Assembly (NCBI GenBank): GCA_039714075.1
Contig: JBDLKA010000066.1
Coordinates: 1 to 19,771, forward strand
From: Candidatus Krumholzibacteriota bacterium
GTDB taxonomy: Bacteria; Krumholzibacteriota; Krumholzibacteriia; LZORAL124-64-63
DNA length: 19,771 nucleotides
Direction: 5' to 3'
In this document: in pieces, positions 1-9,511 of the stretch
How positions within the stretch are numbered: the stretch's first letter is position 1
Layout: every line of letters starts with the position of its first letter
Notes under the pieces: model-generated
What the model was told of the DNA's origin: nothing
The model's input: the letters and a program-made list of their open reading frames with translations, nothing else
Databases searched by the model: none
Position numbers and translations under genes: made by a program

Positions 1-1008
1 CCGCTGCTGCTGGTGCCTATCGGGTTCGGCATGCTGGTGGGCAACATTCCGTTGACCAGCGGGATGAACATCGGCATCTACGAAAACGGCAGCGTGCTCA
101 ACGTGCTGTACAACGGGGTGACCCAGGGTTGGTATCCCTCGCTGATCTTCCTGGGCATCGGGGCGATGACCGATTTTTCGGCCATGCTGTCCAACCCGCG
201 GCTGATCCTGCTCGGGGCGGCGGCGCAAGCGGGCATCTTTCTTACCTTCGCCGGGTCCCTGCTGCTTGGCTTCGAGGCGAAGGACGCCGCGGCCATCGGC
301 ATCATCGGCGGAGCGGACGGACCGACGGCCATCTTCCTGTCCAGCCAGCTGGCCCCGCATCTGCTGGGGGCCATCGCGGTGGCCGCCTACAGCTACATGG
401 CGCTGGTGCCGGTCATCCAGCCGCCCATCATCAGGCTGCTGACCACGCGCGAGGAACGCCTGATCCGCATGAAACCCTCGCGGCCGGTGAGCAAGCGGAT
501 CCGGATCATCTTCCCGATCATGGCTTTTGTCCTGTGCGCCAGCATCGCTCCAGGGGCCATATCCCTGTTGGGCTTCCTGTTCTTCGGCAACCTGCTGAAG
601 GAAAGCGGCGTCACCGAACGGCTGGCCAAGACGGCCCGCAACGCCCTGATCGACATCGTGACCATCCTGCTGGGGCTGTGCGTGGGGGCTTCGACGGACG
701 CCAGCCGGTTCCTGACTCCGGAGTCGGTGAAGATCGCGCTGCTGGGGGCGGTGTCATTCTGCGTGGCCACGGCCGCGGGTGTCCTGTTCGCGAAATTGAT
801 GAACCTGATCGCCAAGGATAAAATCAATCCCATCATCGGGGCGGCGGGGGTTTCGGCGGTGCCGGACAGCGCCCGTGTCTGCCAGATGGTGGGCGCGAAA
901 GAGGATCCCCAGAACTTCCTGATCATGCACGCCATGGCGCCCAACGTGGCCGGGGTGATCGGGTCCGCCGTGGCTGCGGGCGTGTTTCTGTCGCGCTTCG
1001 TATTCTGA
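1..1008 (+). CDS. Na+-translocating decarboxylase beta subunit (OadB/MmdB/GcdB family), 5'-truncated by the window edge
   Basis: The frame is open from base 1 ([10 protein letters not shown]). It is very hydrophobic and carries the family motifs [24 protein letters not shown] (conserved Asp), [28 protein letters not shown] and [18 protein letters not shown]. The substrate (oxaloacetate, methylmalonyl-CoA or glutaconyl-CoA) cannot be assigned from the beta subunit alone. Confidence 0.95.
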   Translation, partial: PLLLVPIGFGMLVGNIPLTSGMNIGIYENGSVLNVLYNGVTQGWYPSLIFLGIGAMTDFSAMLSNPRLILLGAAAQAGIFLTFAGSLLLGFEAKDAAAIGIIGGADGPTAIFLSSQLAPHLLGAIAVAAYSYMALVPVIQPPIIRLLTTREERLIRMKPSRPVSKRIRIIFPIMAFVLCASIAPGAISLLGFLFFGNLLKESGVTERLAKTARNALIDIVTILLGLCVGASTDASRFLTPESVKIALLGAVSFCVATAAGVLFAKLMNLIAKDKINPIIGAAGVSAVPDSARVCQMVGAKEDPQNFLIMHAMAPNVAGVIGSAVAAGVFLSRFVF

Positions 1009-1026
1009 TCCTGTCCTCAGGGACAC

Positions 1027-1062
1027 AAAAAGGCCTCCCCGAACAGGGAGGCCTTTTCGTTT
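1027..1062. terminator. Bidirectional Rho-independent terminator
   Basis: Perfect 12-bp inverted repeat AAAAGGCCTCCC (1028-1039) / GGGAGGCCTTTT (1046-1057) with a 6-nt loop. It has an A-tract on the left and a T-tract on the right, and lies between convergent genes. Confidence 0.9.
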
Positions 1063-1088
1063 CCAGCGTCTGGTGGGGAGCCGCCGGT

Positions 1089-1688
1089 TCAATCGTCGTC
1101 GTGGTCGTGGTGAATCTCGATTCCTTCCACGCCCTCCAGACCTTCGATTACGTCTTCGAGGCTGTCGGAGTCGATCTCGCCGGCAAGACCCAGCAGGACG
1201 CCCAGGTCGAGATCGCCGACCACATTGACGAATGCCACGCTGTCCCCGGGCTCGTAGATGACGATCATCAGCCCGACCATGTCCTCCCCGTCGTACTTGA
1301 GTTTGACGAGCAGGGTTTCATCGCCGTCCTTCATCTTGACCAGGCCCTTCCAGTCTTCCTTCTCCAGCCTGGCCGTGACCTTTTCAACGGCCTTCTCGGC
1401 TTCCTTCCCGCCGCCGTCATCAACCGAGAAGGACTTGACGCGGATGGAGCGGACCATGGCCAGGGCCTGGAACAGGGCGTCGTCACCCTTATCTTTGGCG
1501 TCCTTGGCGATTTCGCCGAGGATCGGACCAAGGTCGATGTCCTGGTATTCCGTGGCGTCGTCCGGAATGTCGATCCATTCCAGGTCGATGTAGCCCGCTT
1601 CCTTTTCCAGACTGCCGGCCAGCGCCCCGCCCGCAAGCAGCAGGCAGGCCGTCAGGGCAAACAGCGAGGTGATGCGAAGTGTTTTCAT
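1089..1688 (-). CDS. Exported protein, DUF4252-like
   Basis: Sec-type signal peptide (MKTLRITSLFALTACLLLAGGALA). The pattern VRSIRVKSF...LEKEDWKGLVKMKDGDE...GLMIVI...FVNVVGDLD resembles DUF4252. SD GGAGG is present and the start overlaps the upstream anti-sigma stop (ATGA). Confidence 0.75.
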   Translation of the reverse strand: MKTLRITSLFALTACLLLAGGALAGSLEKEAGYIDLEWIDIPDDATEYQDIDLGPILGEIAKDAKDKGDDALFQALAMVRSIRVKSFSVDDGGGKEAEKAVEKVTARLEKEDWKGLVKMKDGDETLLVKLKYDGEDMVGLMIVIYEPGDSVAFVNVVGDLDLGVLLGLAGEIDSDSLEDVIEGLEGVEGIEIHHDHDDD

Positions 1689-2215
1689 CCGTTTCCTCCC
1701 GAGGTTGTCGGTTTGATCGCCTTGAACGATTCGTCTATGGCGTGAGGTAATTTGTCCGCGAATATTTCGATGACCGTATCCCTTTGGGTGCGGTCGATGA
1801 CCTTGGCCGTCAGGGCCAGGGTATACAGGACTTCCTGGCGGGCCGCGGCGATTTCCTGGTCGGTCCAGGTCTGTTCAGGAGCCGGTCCGGTGTGCAGAAC
1901 GGGCAGCAGTAGGACCGCCGCCAGTCCGGCCGCGGCCAGGCCCATGGCGGCAAGGCGCCGCCGGCCTGTCCGCCGGGACGACCGATGTTCCGCTGCAGGG
2001 GCAGGATCCTCAAGGATCCTCTCGGCAAGTCCTGCCGGCGCTGTGGCCCGGGGCAGGGATCCCAGGGTTGCCCTGAGGTTCATCTCCCGGGCCAATTCCG
2101 CCCGGCAATCGGCACATCGGTTCAGGTGGTCCTGGACCAGTTTCCTTTCCGCCGGGTCGAGTTCCCCGCTGCAGAAGGCCGCCAGTTCGAGTTCGATTTC
2201 GGGACAACGGTTCAT
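1685..2215 (-). CDS. Zinc-binding (zf-HC2/ZAS) membrane-anchored anti-sigma factor
   Basis: The true start is most likely ATG 2215-2213 (TGATG overlap with the sigma stop, SD AAGGGAG), not 2638. MNRC...GELDPAERKLVQDHLNRCADC gives the HxxxCxxC motif, followed by a basic stretch and one TM helix (LAAMGLAAAGLAAVLLLPVL). 176 aa. Confidence 0.85.
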   Translation of the reverse strand: MNRCPEIELELAAFCSGELDPAERKLVQDHLNRCADCRAELAREMNLRATLGSLPRATAPAGLAERILEDPAPAAEHRSSRRTGRRRLAAMGLAAAGLAAVLLLPVLHTGPAPEQTWTDQEIAAARQEVLYTLALTAKVIDRTQRDTVIEIFADKLPHAIDESFKAIKPTTSGGNG

Positions 2216-2763
2216 CACCCTGTCTCCCTTTTGAATTCCAGACACGCCTCGCCGGGCGTCGTCAGGACAAGTCGCAATGATTTCCTGGCCCGGTGGAGTT
2301 GAACCTTCAGGGCGCTGACGGTCTTGCCCACCACCGCGGCGATCTCCTGCAGTTTCATCTCCTGGAAGTAATGCATCACCATGACGCTCCGGGTTTCCGC
2401 CGGCAGGGTGTCCATGGCCTGCAGCAGGGCCTGCTGCCGTTGGTTCAGATGCAGCGCCTCTTCGGGCCCATTTCCGCTTCCGCCCGCCGGCAGCCTGTCC
2501 AGGGCGTCCGGGTCGGGATACCCGAAATTCCGGCGCTGGGACTGCCGGCGGCGGATCTGGTCGATGCACAGGTTGTGGACGACCCGCATCAGCCAGCCCG
2601 CGGCCTTGCCGTCCCCGATGTCCCCGAAGTTCCGCCACAACTTGACGAAGGCTTCCTGGGTGACGTCCTGGGCGTCTTCGGCGTCCCGGAGGCAGTACAG
2701 CGCGTGGTTGTACACCCGGTCGCGGTTGCTTTCCAGCAATTGTGTGAACAGTGCATGATCCAT
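2215..2763 (-). CDS. ECF-type RNA polymerase sigma factor
   Basis: 182 aa. Region 2: DAEDAQDVTQEAFVKLW...WLMRVVHNLCIDQIRR. Region 4: LPAETRSVMVMHYFQEMKLQEIAAVVGKTVSALKVQLHRARKSL. Directly followed by an anti-sigma gene. Confidence 0.95.
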   Translation of the reverse strand: MDHALFTQLLESNRDRVYNHALYCLRDAEDAQDVTQEAFVKLWRNFGDIGDGKAAGWLMRVVHNLCIDQIRRRQSQRRNFGYPDPDALDRLPAGGSGNGPEEALHLNQRQQALLQAMDTLPAETRSVMVMHYFQEMKLQEIAAVVGKTVSALKVQLHRARKSLRLVLTTPGEACLEFKRETG

Positions 2764-2775
2764 GGTATGGAGAAG

Positions 2776-2801
2776 GACGCAGGCGGCGGGATATGGTTAC
2801 A
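2776..2801 (-). promoter_or_regulatory. Putative ECF-dependent (autoregulatory) promoter
   Basis: Minus strand TGTAAC (2801-2796) - 16 nt - CGTC (2779-2776), the typical AAC/CGT ECF architecture, 12 nt upstream of the sigma ATG. Confidence 0.7.
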
Positions 2802-2825
2802 GGGGCAGGGGCGGGGATTTACTGA

Positions 2826-3359
2826 TCAGACCCCGGGCTCGGGCTCGATCACCACCAGGGGGTCGCCCGGATTCACGGAATCACCCTCGGCAACAGGGAC
2901 TTCGCTCACGGTGCCGCTGATGGCGGCCGTCAGTTCGTTCTGCATCTTCATGGCTTCGACCACGATAACCGGCTCGCCCTTGTGGACCACCTGGCCCTCG
3001 GTGACCTTGATCTGCACGACGAGTCCGGGAATGTCCGCGGCGATGGTGCCGCTGCCCGCGGCGTCGCCGAGGCTTTCCAGCGCCTGGGCCCGCAGTTCGT
3101 CCATGACCGTCAGGCTGACCGGGCGCCCGCCGAGGGTGGCCTGCACACTGCCGCCCTTGCCCGCGCTGCTCAGGTGGATCAGGTGCAGCCGGCCGCCGAA
3201 ACGAATGGAGATGGCCTTGCCGTTCAGGACCGGGCGGAAGTTGACGGGCGTCATGTCGCCCTCGCCGACCTGGACCATGGTTTCGTCCCCGTCACGGGCG
3301 ACCACTGCGCCGAACTGGTTTTCGTCGTAGTTCAGGACGTATCGCTTTTTCATCAGCAC
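2826..3359 (-). CDS. Biotin carboxyl carrier protein (biotinyl domain with N-terminal beta-rich region)
   Basis: C-terminal biotinyl domain with EAMKMQNE (biotinylated Lys), preceded by IPGLVVQIKVTEGQVV. Start is GTG 3359 (SD AAAGGA) or ATG 3353. Confidence 0.92.
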   Translation of the reverse strand: MLMKKRYVLNYDENQFGAVVARDGDETMVQVGEGDMTPVNFRPVLNGKAISIRFGGRLHLIHLSSAGKGGSVQATLGGRPVSLTVMDELRAQALESLGDAAGSGTIAADIPGLVVQIKVTEGQVVHKGEPVIVVEAMKMQNELTAAISGTVSEVPVAEGDSVNPGDPLVVIEPEPGV

Positions 3360-3396
3360 GGTCGGGTTCCTTTCACCGCGGTTCTTTTGCCGTCAC

Positions 3397-4947
<1,551 letters not shown>

Positions 4948-4957
4948 GACGCTCTCC

Positions 4958-6514
4958 CTACAGGGGTATGTTTCCGTGTTTCTTGGCCGGCAGGTTCTGT
5001 TTCTTGCCGCGCAGCGAACCGAGGGCCGCAATCAGGTGGCGGCGCGTGTCCGCCGGCTCGATCACGTCGTCCAGGTAGCCCAGCCCCGCGGCGATGAACG
5101 GGTTGGCGTAGACCTCGTTGTAATCGTCCACCAGCTTCTTCCGTTCGGCGTCGGGATCCTTGCTCTTTTCCAGGTCCTGCCGGAACAGGATGTTCACCGC
5201 GCCCTCCGGTCCCATGACCGCCAGTTCGGCTCCCGGCCAGGCGACGTTGTAGTCGGCGCGGATGTGCTTGCTGTTCATCACGTCGTAGGCTCCGCCGTAG
5301 GCTTTGCGGGTGATCACGGTCAGCTTGGGCACGGTGGCTTCGCAGAAGGCGAACAGCAGCTTGGCCCCGTGCTTGATGATGCCGCCGTATTCCTGGTCGG
5401 TGCCGGGCAAAAACCCGGGCACGTCCTCGAAGACCACCAGCGGAATGTTGAAGCAGTCGCAGGTCCGGACGAATCGCGCCCCCTTGATGGAGGAGGTGAT
5501 GTCCAGCACGCCGGCCTGGAACTTGGGCTGGTTGGCCACCACGCCCACCGGTTGTCCGTCCAGCCGGGCGAACCCGCAGATGATGTTCTGGGCGTGCCGC
5601 GGCTGGATCTCCATGAAGTCGCCGTCGTCCACGACCAGGCGGATCACCTCGGTCATGTCGTAGGGCTTGCGGCTGTCGTCCGGCACGATGGAATTGAGCT
5701 TCTCCTCGCGGCGGTCCGGCATGTCGGTGGGGGTGACCCGGGGCGGTTCTTCCAGGTTGTTCTGGGGCATGAAGCTCATCAGGCGCCGGGTCATCAGCAG
5801 GCAGTCCGCGTCGCTGGCGGCCATGAAGTGGGCCACGCCGCTCTTGGTCGAATGGGTGTTGGCTCCGCCGAGTTCCTCGAAGGTGACGTCCTCGTTGGTC
5901 ACCATCTTGATGACGTTGGGTCCGGTGACGAACATGTAGCTGGTCTGGTCGACCATCAGGGTGAAGTCGGTGATGGCGGGGGAATAGACCGCGCCGCCGG
6001 CGCAGGGCCCGAGGATGGCCGAGATCTGGGGGATGACCCCCGAAGCCATGGTGTTGCGCCAGAAGATCTCGGCGTATCCGGCCAGCGAGCGCACGCCTTC
6101 CTGGATGCGGGCGCCGCCGCTGTCGTTGAGCCCGATCACGGGACAGCCGTTCTCCAGCGCCTGGTCCATGAGGCGACAGATCTTCAGGGCGTTCGCTTCG
6201 CTCATGGAACCGCCGAAAACCGTGAAGTCCTGGGCGAAGACGTACACCTGCCGGCCGTCGATGCGGCCCACTCCGGTCACCATGCCGTCCCCGACCGGAC
6301 GGTTCTTGTCCATATCCATCTCGTGGCTGCGGTGCGTGACGAAAACCCCGGTTTCCCGGAAGCTGCCTTCGTCCAGCAGCAGGTGGATCCTCTCGCGTGC
6401 GGTCAAGCGGCCCTTGGCGTGGATCTTTTCCACCCGTTCGGGGCCGCCCCCGGCGTGCGCCTCGGCGCGCAGTTCGTTCATACGTTTGAGATTGTCGGCG
6501 AAGGAATTGGTCAT
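4958..6514 (-). CDS. pccB: Acyl-CoA carboxylase carboxyltransferase subunit (propionyl-CoA carboxylase beta / methylmalonyl-CoA decarboxylase alpha family)
   Basis: 518 aa. Motifs [85 protein letters not shown] and C-terminal KKHGNIPL. Confidence 0.93.
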   Translation of the reverse strand: MTNSFADNLKRMNELRAEAHAGGGPERVEKIHAKGRLTARERIHLLLDEGSFRETGVFVTHRSHEMDMDKNRPVGDGMVTGVGRIDGRQVYVFAQDFTVFGGSMSEANALKICRLMDQALENGCPVIGLNDSGGARIQEGVRSLAGYAEIFWRNTMASGVIPQISAILGPCAGGAVYSPAITDFTLMVDQTSYMFVTGPNVIKMVTNEDVTFEELGGANTHSTKSGVAHFMAASDADCLLMTRRLMSFMPQNNLEEPPRVTPTDMPDRREEKLNSIVPDDSRKPYDMTEVIRLVVDDGDFMEIQPRHAQNIICGFARLDGQPVGVVANQPKFQAGVLDITSSIKGARFVRTCDCFNIPLVVFEDVPGFLPGTDQEYGGIIKHGAKLLFAFCEATVPKLTVITRKAYGGAYDVMNSKHIRADYNVAWPGAELAVMGPEGAVNILFRQDLEKSKDPDAERKKLVDDYNEVYANPFIAAGLGYLDDVIEPADTRRHLIAALGSLRGKKQNLPAKKHGNIPL

Positions 6515-6572
6515 GATGATTCCCTTTGGGGGCGGATCTGTTGATGCCGGACAAATGAATTACGCGGGCGGG

Positions 6573-6631
6573 ATCATAGCAGATGGATGCCGCACGCGGA
6601 ACAACCTACTGAACGGCGGAGGCAGCGTCAA
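6573..6631 (-). promoter_or_regulatory. Putative tandem sigma70-type promoters of the carboxylase operon
   Basis: Minus strand TTGACG (6631-6626) - 17 nt - TAGGTT (6608-6603), and an extended -10 TGcTATGAT (6581-6573). Confidence 0.55.
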
Positions 6632-6665
6632 TTCCGGAATAACCAGGGGTTGAATGCTCGGGTTA

Positions 6666-8060
6666 TCAGCCGCGGCCGGCCATCTTGCGTCCCACCATGC
6701 GGCGGATGAGGTTGGCGAGATCCCGGTGGCTGCCGGGTTTGAGCAGGAATTCGACGACACCGGCTTCGCGGGCCTGTTGTTCGTGGAAGCTGTCCCGGAA
6801 CCCGGTGAAAAGAATGACGGGCAGATCGGGCCGTATCTCGTGGATCTTGCGCGTCAGCCGGACGCCGGACATGTGGGGCATGATCTGGTCGGTGACCACG
6901 ACGTCGAAAATCTCGGGCGTCTGCGAAAAATCGGCCAGGGCCTTGCGGCTGTCCGTGTGGGCGATCACGCGGAACCCCTGGCGCTGCAGGCCGCTGGTCA
7001 TGACATGCGCGACCATCTCTTCATCGTCGATGAGCAGCACCGTGGCCGCCGGACCGGCGGCGGGTGATTCCACCGGCGCCGGGGGATCGGGAAAGGTCTC
7101 GCCGATCAGCGAACCGTCGGCCAGTTCGGCCATGTCGGCCGGGACTTCCGCTTCCAGTTCGGGCTCACGGGGAACTTCCCAGGCGATGAGGGGGAAATAC
7201 AGATCGAATCTCGTGCCTTCGCCGACCCGGCTGTGCACGATGGTCGCCCCGTCGTTGTCTTCCAGGATCCGTGACACGGTGCTCAGCCCGATGCCCATCT
7301 TGCCCGCGTCGCCACCGCCGGAAAAATAGGAGTCGAAAATCCGGTCGAGGGTGGTTTTGTCCATGCCCCGGCCGTCGTCGATGACGGTCAGCCGGGCATA
7401 ACTGCCCGGTTCCAGATCCTTGGGTACCGCGATGGTGGATGCCTCCACCAGTTCCTCTTTGAGGACGATCTCCAGGGTGCCCGTGTTGCGGTACATGGCG
7501 TGCATGGAGTTGCTGCAGAGATTCATCAGGACCTGCTGGATGCCGGTGACCGAAGCCAGCACCCGGTGGCAGGGGTTCAGTTCCGATTTGATGATGATGG
7601 TCGAGGGCAGGATGTCCCGGATGAGTTTGAGGGTGTCCCGCACGACGGGAACCAGGTCGGTGGGTTTGCGGGCCTGGTCCGCCTGCAGGTAGAAATCGCT
7701 GATCTCGCGCACCAGGTCGCTGGCCATGTGGCCGGCCTTGGCGATCCTTTCCAGTTCCCGGCGGGCGGAGGCATCGACGGGAAGCTCGTTCCCGGCAATC
7801 CGGGCATGTCCCAGGATGACGGCCAGCAGGTTGTTGAGGTTGTTGACGATGCTGCCGGCGAGGATGCCCACCGCTTCCATGCGCCGCGCCTGACTGAGGA
7901 GACCCGTCAATTGCTGGATGTTTTCGAGGTCCCGCCGGTGGGCGGAGCGAAGTTCCCGCCTGGCCGACCAGACCCGGTACAGTGCCCACGCCAGCACCAC
8001 GACCAGGACGAACAGGATCGCAATGGGCAGAAAATAGTGGGAACGAAAGAATTCGCTCAT
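6666..8060 (-). CDS. Membrane-anchored hybrid histidine kinase-like/receiver protein lacking the phospho-acceptor His (pseudo-kinase)
   Basis: One N-terminal TM helix, then a coiled segment and a HisKA-like helix EAVGILAGSIVNNLNNLL. HATPase-like domain with N box QQVLMNLCSNS, G1 DDGRGM and GEGTRFDLYFP. C-terminal receiver with LLIDDE, TDQIMP, FTG and KP. Confidence 0.88.
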   Translation of the reverse strand: MSEFFRSHYFLPIAILFVLVVVLAWALYRVWSARRELRSAHRRDLENIQQLTGLLSQARRMEAVGILAGSIVNNLNNLLAVILGHARIAGNELPVDASARRELERIAKAGHMASDLVREISDFYLQADQARKPTDLVPVVRDTLKLIRDILPSTIIIKSELNPCHRVLASVTGIQQVLMNLCSNSMHAMYRNTGTLEIVLKEELVEASTIAVPKDLEPGSYARLTVIDDGRGMDKTTLDRIFDSYFSGGGDAGKMGIGLSTVSRILEDNDGATIVHSRVGEGTRFDLYFPLIAWEVPREPELEAEVPADMAELADGSLIGETFPDPPAPVESPAAGPAATVLLIDDEEMVAHVMTSGLQRQGFRVIAHTDSRKALADFSQTPEIFDVVVTDQIMPHMSGVRLTRKIHEIRPDLPVILFTGFRDSFHEQQAREAGVVEFLLKPGSHRDLANLIRRMVGRKMAGRG

Positions 8061-8258
8061 TCCTAGAGATCCTCATCTGCCTGGGAAGATCCGCAGGATA
8101 TCCAGTTGGGTGTGGTTGGCATTTTATCCCCCAGGTCCCATCAATATGCATTGTTTTTAACCGTTTCGCCACTTTGGGACTTCCGGGCCTGGTGGGGCGC
8201 CCCGCCTGGTTCCCAGGGAAAACATTCCGGATTTACAAGAAACATGACATGATTGTTT

Positions 8259-8267
8259 TGCTATATT
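8259..8267 (+). promoter_or_regulatory. Putative extended -10 promoter of the crotonase gene
   Basis: TGcTATATT in an AT-rich intergenic patch about 50 nt upstream of ATG 8317. No convincing -35 element. Confidence 0.45.
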
Positions 8268-8316
8268 ACGAGAGCTTAAAGTTCTTGCCTCTCCAACCAC
8301 CGAAAGGGACACGCCG

Positions 8317-9099
8317 ATGAGTTTCAACTATATCCTCTGCGAGAAGACGGACGGGGTCGCCACCGTGACCGTGAACCGTCCCGACAAGCTCAACGCCCTG
8401 AACCACGAGGTCATCGGGGAACTGGCCCATTGTTTCGCGGACCTGGCCGACGATGCGGACGCCAAGGTGGTGGTACTGACCGGAGCGGGGGACAAGGCCT
8501 TCGTCGCCGGGGCGGATATCGGGGAAATGGTCGACATGACACCCACCGCGGCGGAAAAGTTCGCGGCGCGGGGCCAGGACCTGATGGCCCGCATCGAGAA
8601 CCTGGGCAAGCCCGTCATTGCCGCGGTCAACGGATTCGCCCTCGGGGGCGGCTGCGAGTTGGCCATGGCCTGCACGTTCCGGTACGCCTCGGACAAGGCC
8701 CGCCTGGGATTGCCCGAAACCGGACTCGGGCTGATTCCGGGCTTTGGCGGAACCCAGCGGCTGCCGCGGTTGGTGGGCCGGGGGCGGGCGCTGGAAATGA
8801 TCCTGCTGGGCAACATGATCGACGCGGTCGACGCCATGGCCATCGGCCTGGTCAACAAGGTCTACCCTGCCGCCGAGTTCGCCGATTCGGTCAACATCGT
8901 GGCCCGGGCCCTGGCCGAAAAATCCCCTCTGACCCTGCGGGTCGCCCTCAAGGCGGTGGGCGAGGGACTGGAAATGTCCCCGACCGCCGGCTGTCGGCTC
9001 GAGGCGGCCCTGTTCGGTGTCTGCGGAGCTTCCGAGGACGCCCGCGAGGGATGTCGGGCCTTCCTGGAAAAGCGCAAACCCGAGTTCAAAAATGCCTGA
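8317..9099 (+). CDS. Enoyl-CoA hydratase (crotonase family)
   Basis: NRPDKLNAL, AFVAGADI, AAVNGFALGGGCELAMAC and LPETGLGLIPGFGGTQRLPRLVG. Both catalytic Glu residues are present. Confidence 0.95.
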   Translation: MSFNYILCEKTDGVATVTVNRPDKLNALNHEVIGELAHCFADLADDADAKVVVLTGAGDKAFVAGADIGEMVDMTPTAAEKFAARGQDLMARIENLGKPVIAAVNGFALGGGCELAMACTFRYASDKARLGLPETGLGLIPGFGGTQRLPRLVGRGRALEMILLGNMIDAVDAMAIGLVNKVYPAAEFADSVNIVARALAEKSPLTLRVALKAVGEGLEMSPTAGCRLEAALFGVCGASEDAREGCRAFLEKRKPEFKNA

Positions 9100-9166
9100 G
9101 CAAACCGGTTCAAATGTAGATGTTTATGGTCTGGAATTGCGGGTCACGGCGGCGGAAACATATTTT

Positions 9167-9195
9167 TTGGGGCCGGTGCCGTGACCTATTATGTT
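9167..9195 (+). promoter_or_regulatory. Possible sigma70-type promoter of the oxidoreductase operon
   Basis: TTGGGG (9167-9172) - 17 nt - TATGTT (9190-9195) in an AT-rich intergenic region. Weak match. Confidence 0.3.
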
Positions 9196-9247
9196 TAATC
9201 GGTAACAGCGAATTCGACCTGTGAGCCTAACCCATCGAGGTGATCCC

Positions 9248-9478
9248 GTGACCGAAAAAACTGCGTCGGAAGTGCCATTCATGGAGGTCAACGAGGAGCT
9301 TTGCAAGGGCTGCCAGCTATGCCTGGCGGTTTGCCCGAAGAGCGTCATCGCCATCAGCGAAAAGCTCAACAGTGCCAGCTACCACCCCGCTTTTTATACC
9401 GGCGCCGATTGCACCGGTTGCGGTCTGTGTTTCTACGCCTGCCCCGAACCAGGGGCCATCCGCGTTGTCAAACCTTAG
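9248..9478 (+). CDS. 2x[4Fe-4S] ferredoxin-like (delta) subunit of 2-oxoacid:ferredoxin oxidoreductase
   Basis: [12 protein letters not shown] and [12 protein letters not shown]. Start GTG 9248 follows SD GAGGTG. Confidence 0.92.
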   Translation: MTEKTASEVPFMEVNEELCKGCQLCLAVCPKSVIAISEKLNSASYHPAFYTGADCTGCGLCFYACPEPGAIRVVKP

Positions 9479-9511
9479 CCTGATTGTTTCAGGATCGACG
9501 GGAGAAAGTCC

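Noticed and set aside
6631..6640. Palindrome ATTCCGGAAT, with near copy ATTCCGGATT at 8224-8233, as a shared operator
   Set aside because: Similar words occur inside coding sequence (e.g. 19229-19238) and the positions relative to the predicted promoters differ, so it is not distinguishable from chance.
9127..9140. TGGTCTGGAATTGC as a sigma54 -24/-12 promoter for the vor operon
   Set aside because: The GG-to-GC spacing is 9 nt rather than the strictly required 10, and the CAC after GG is missing.
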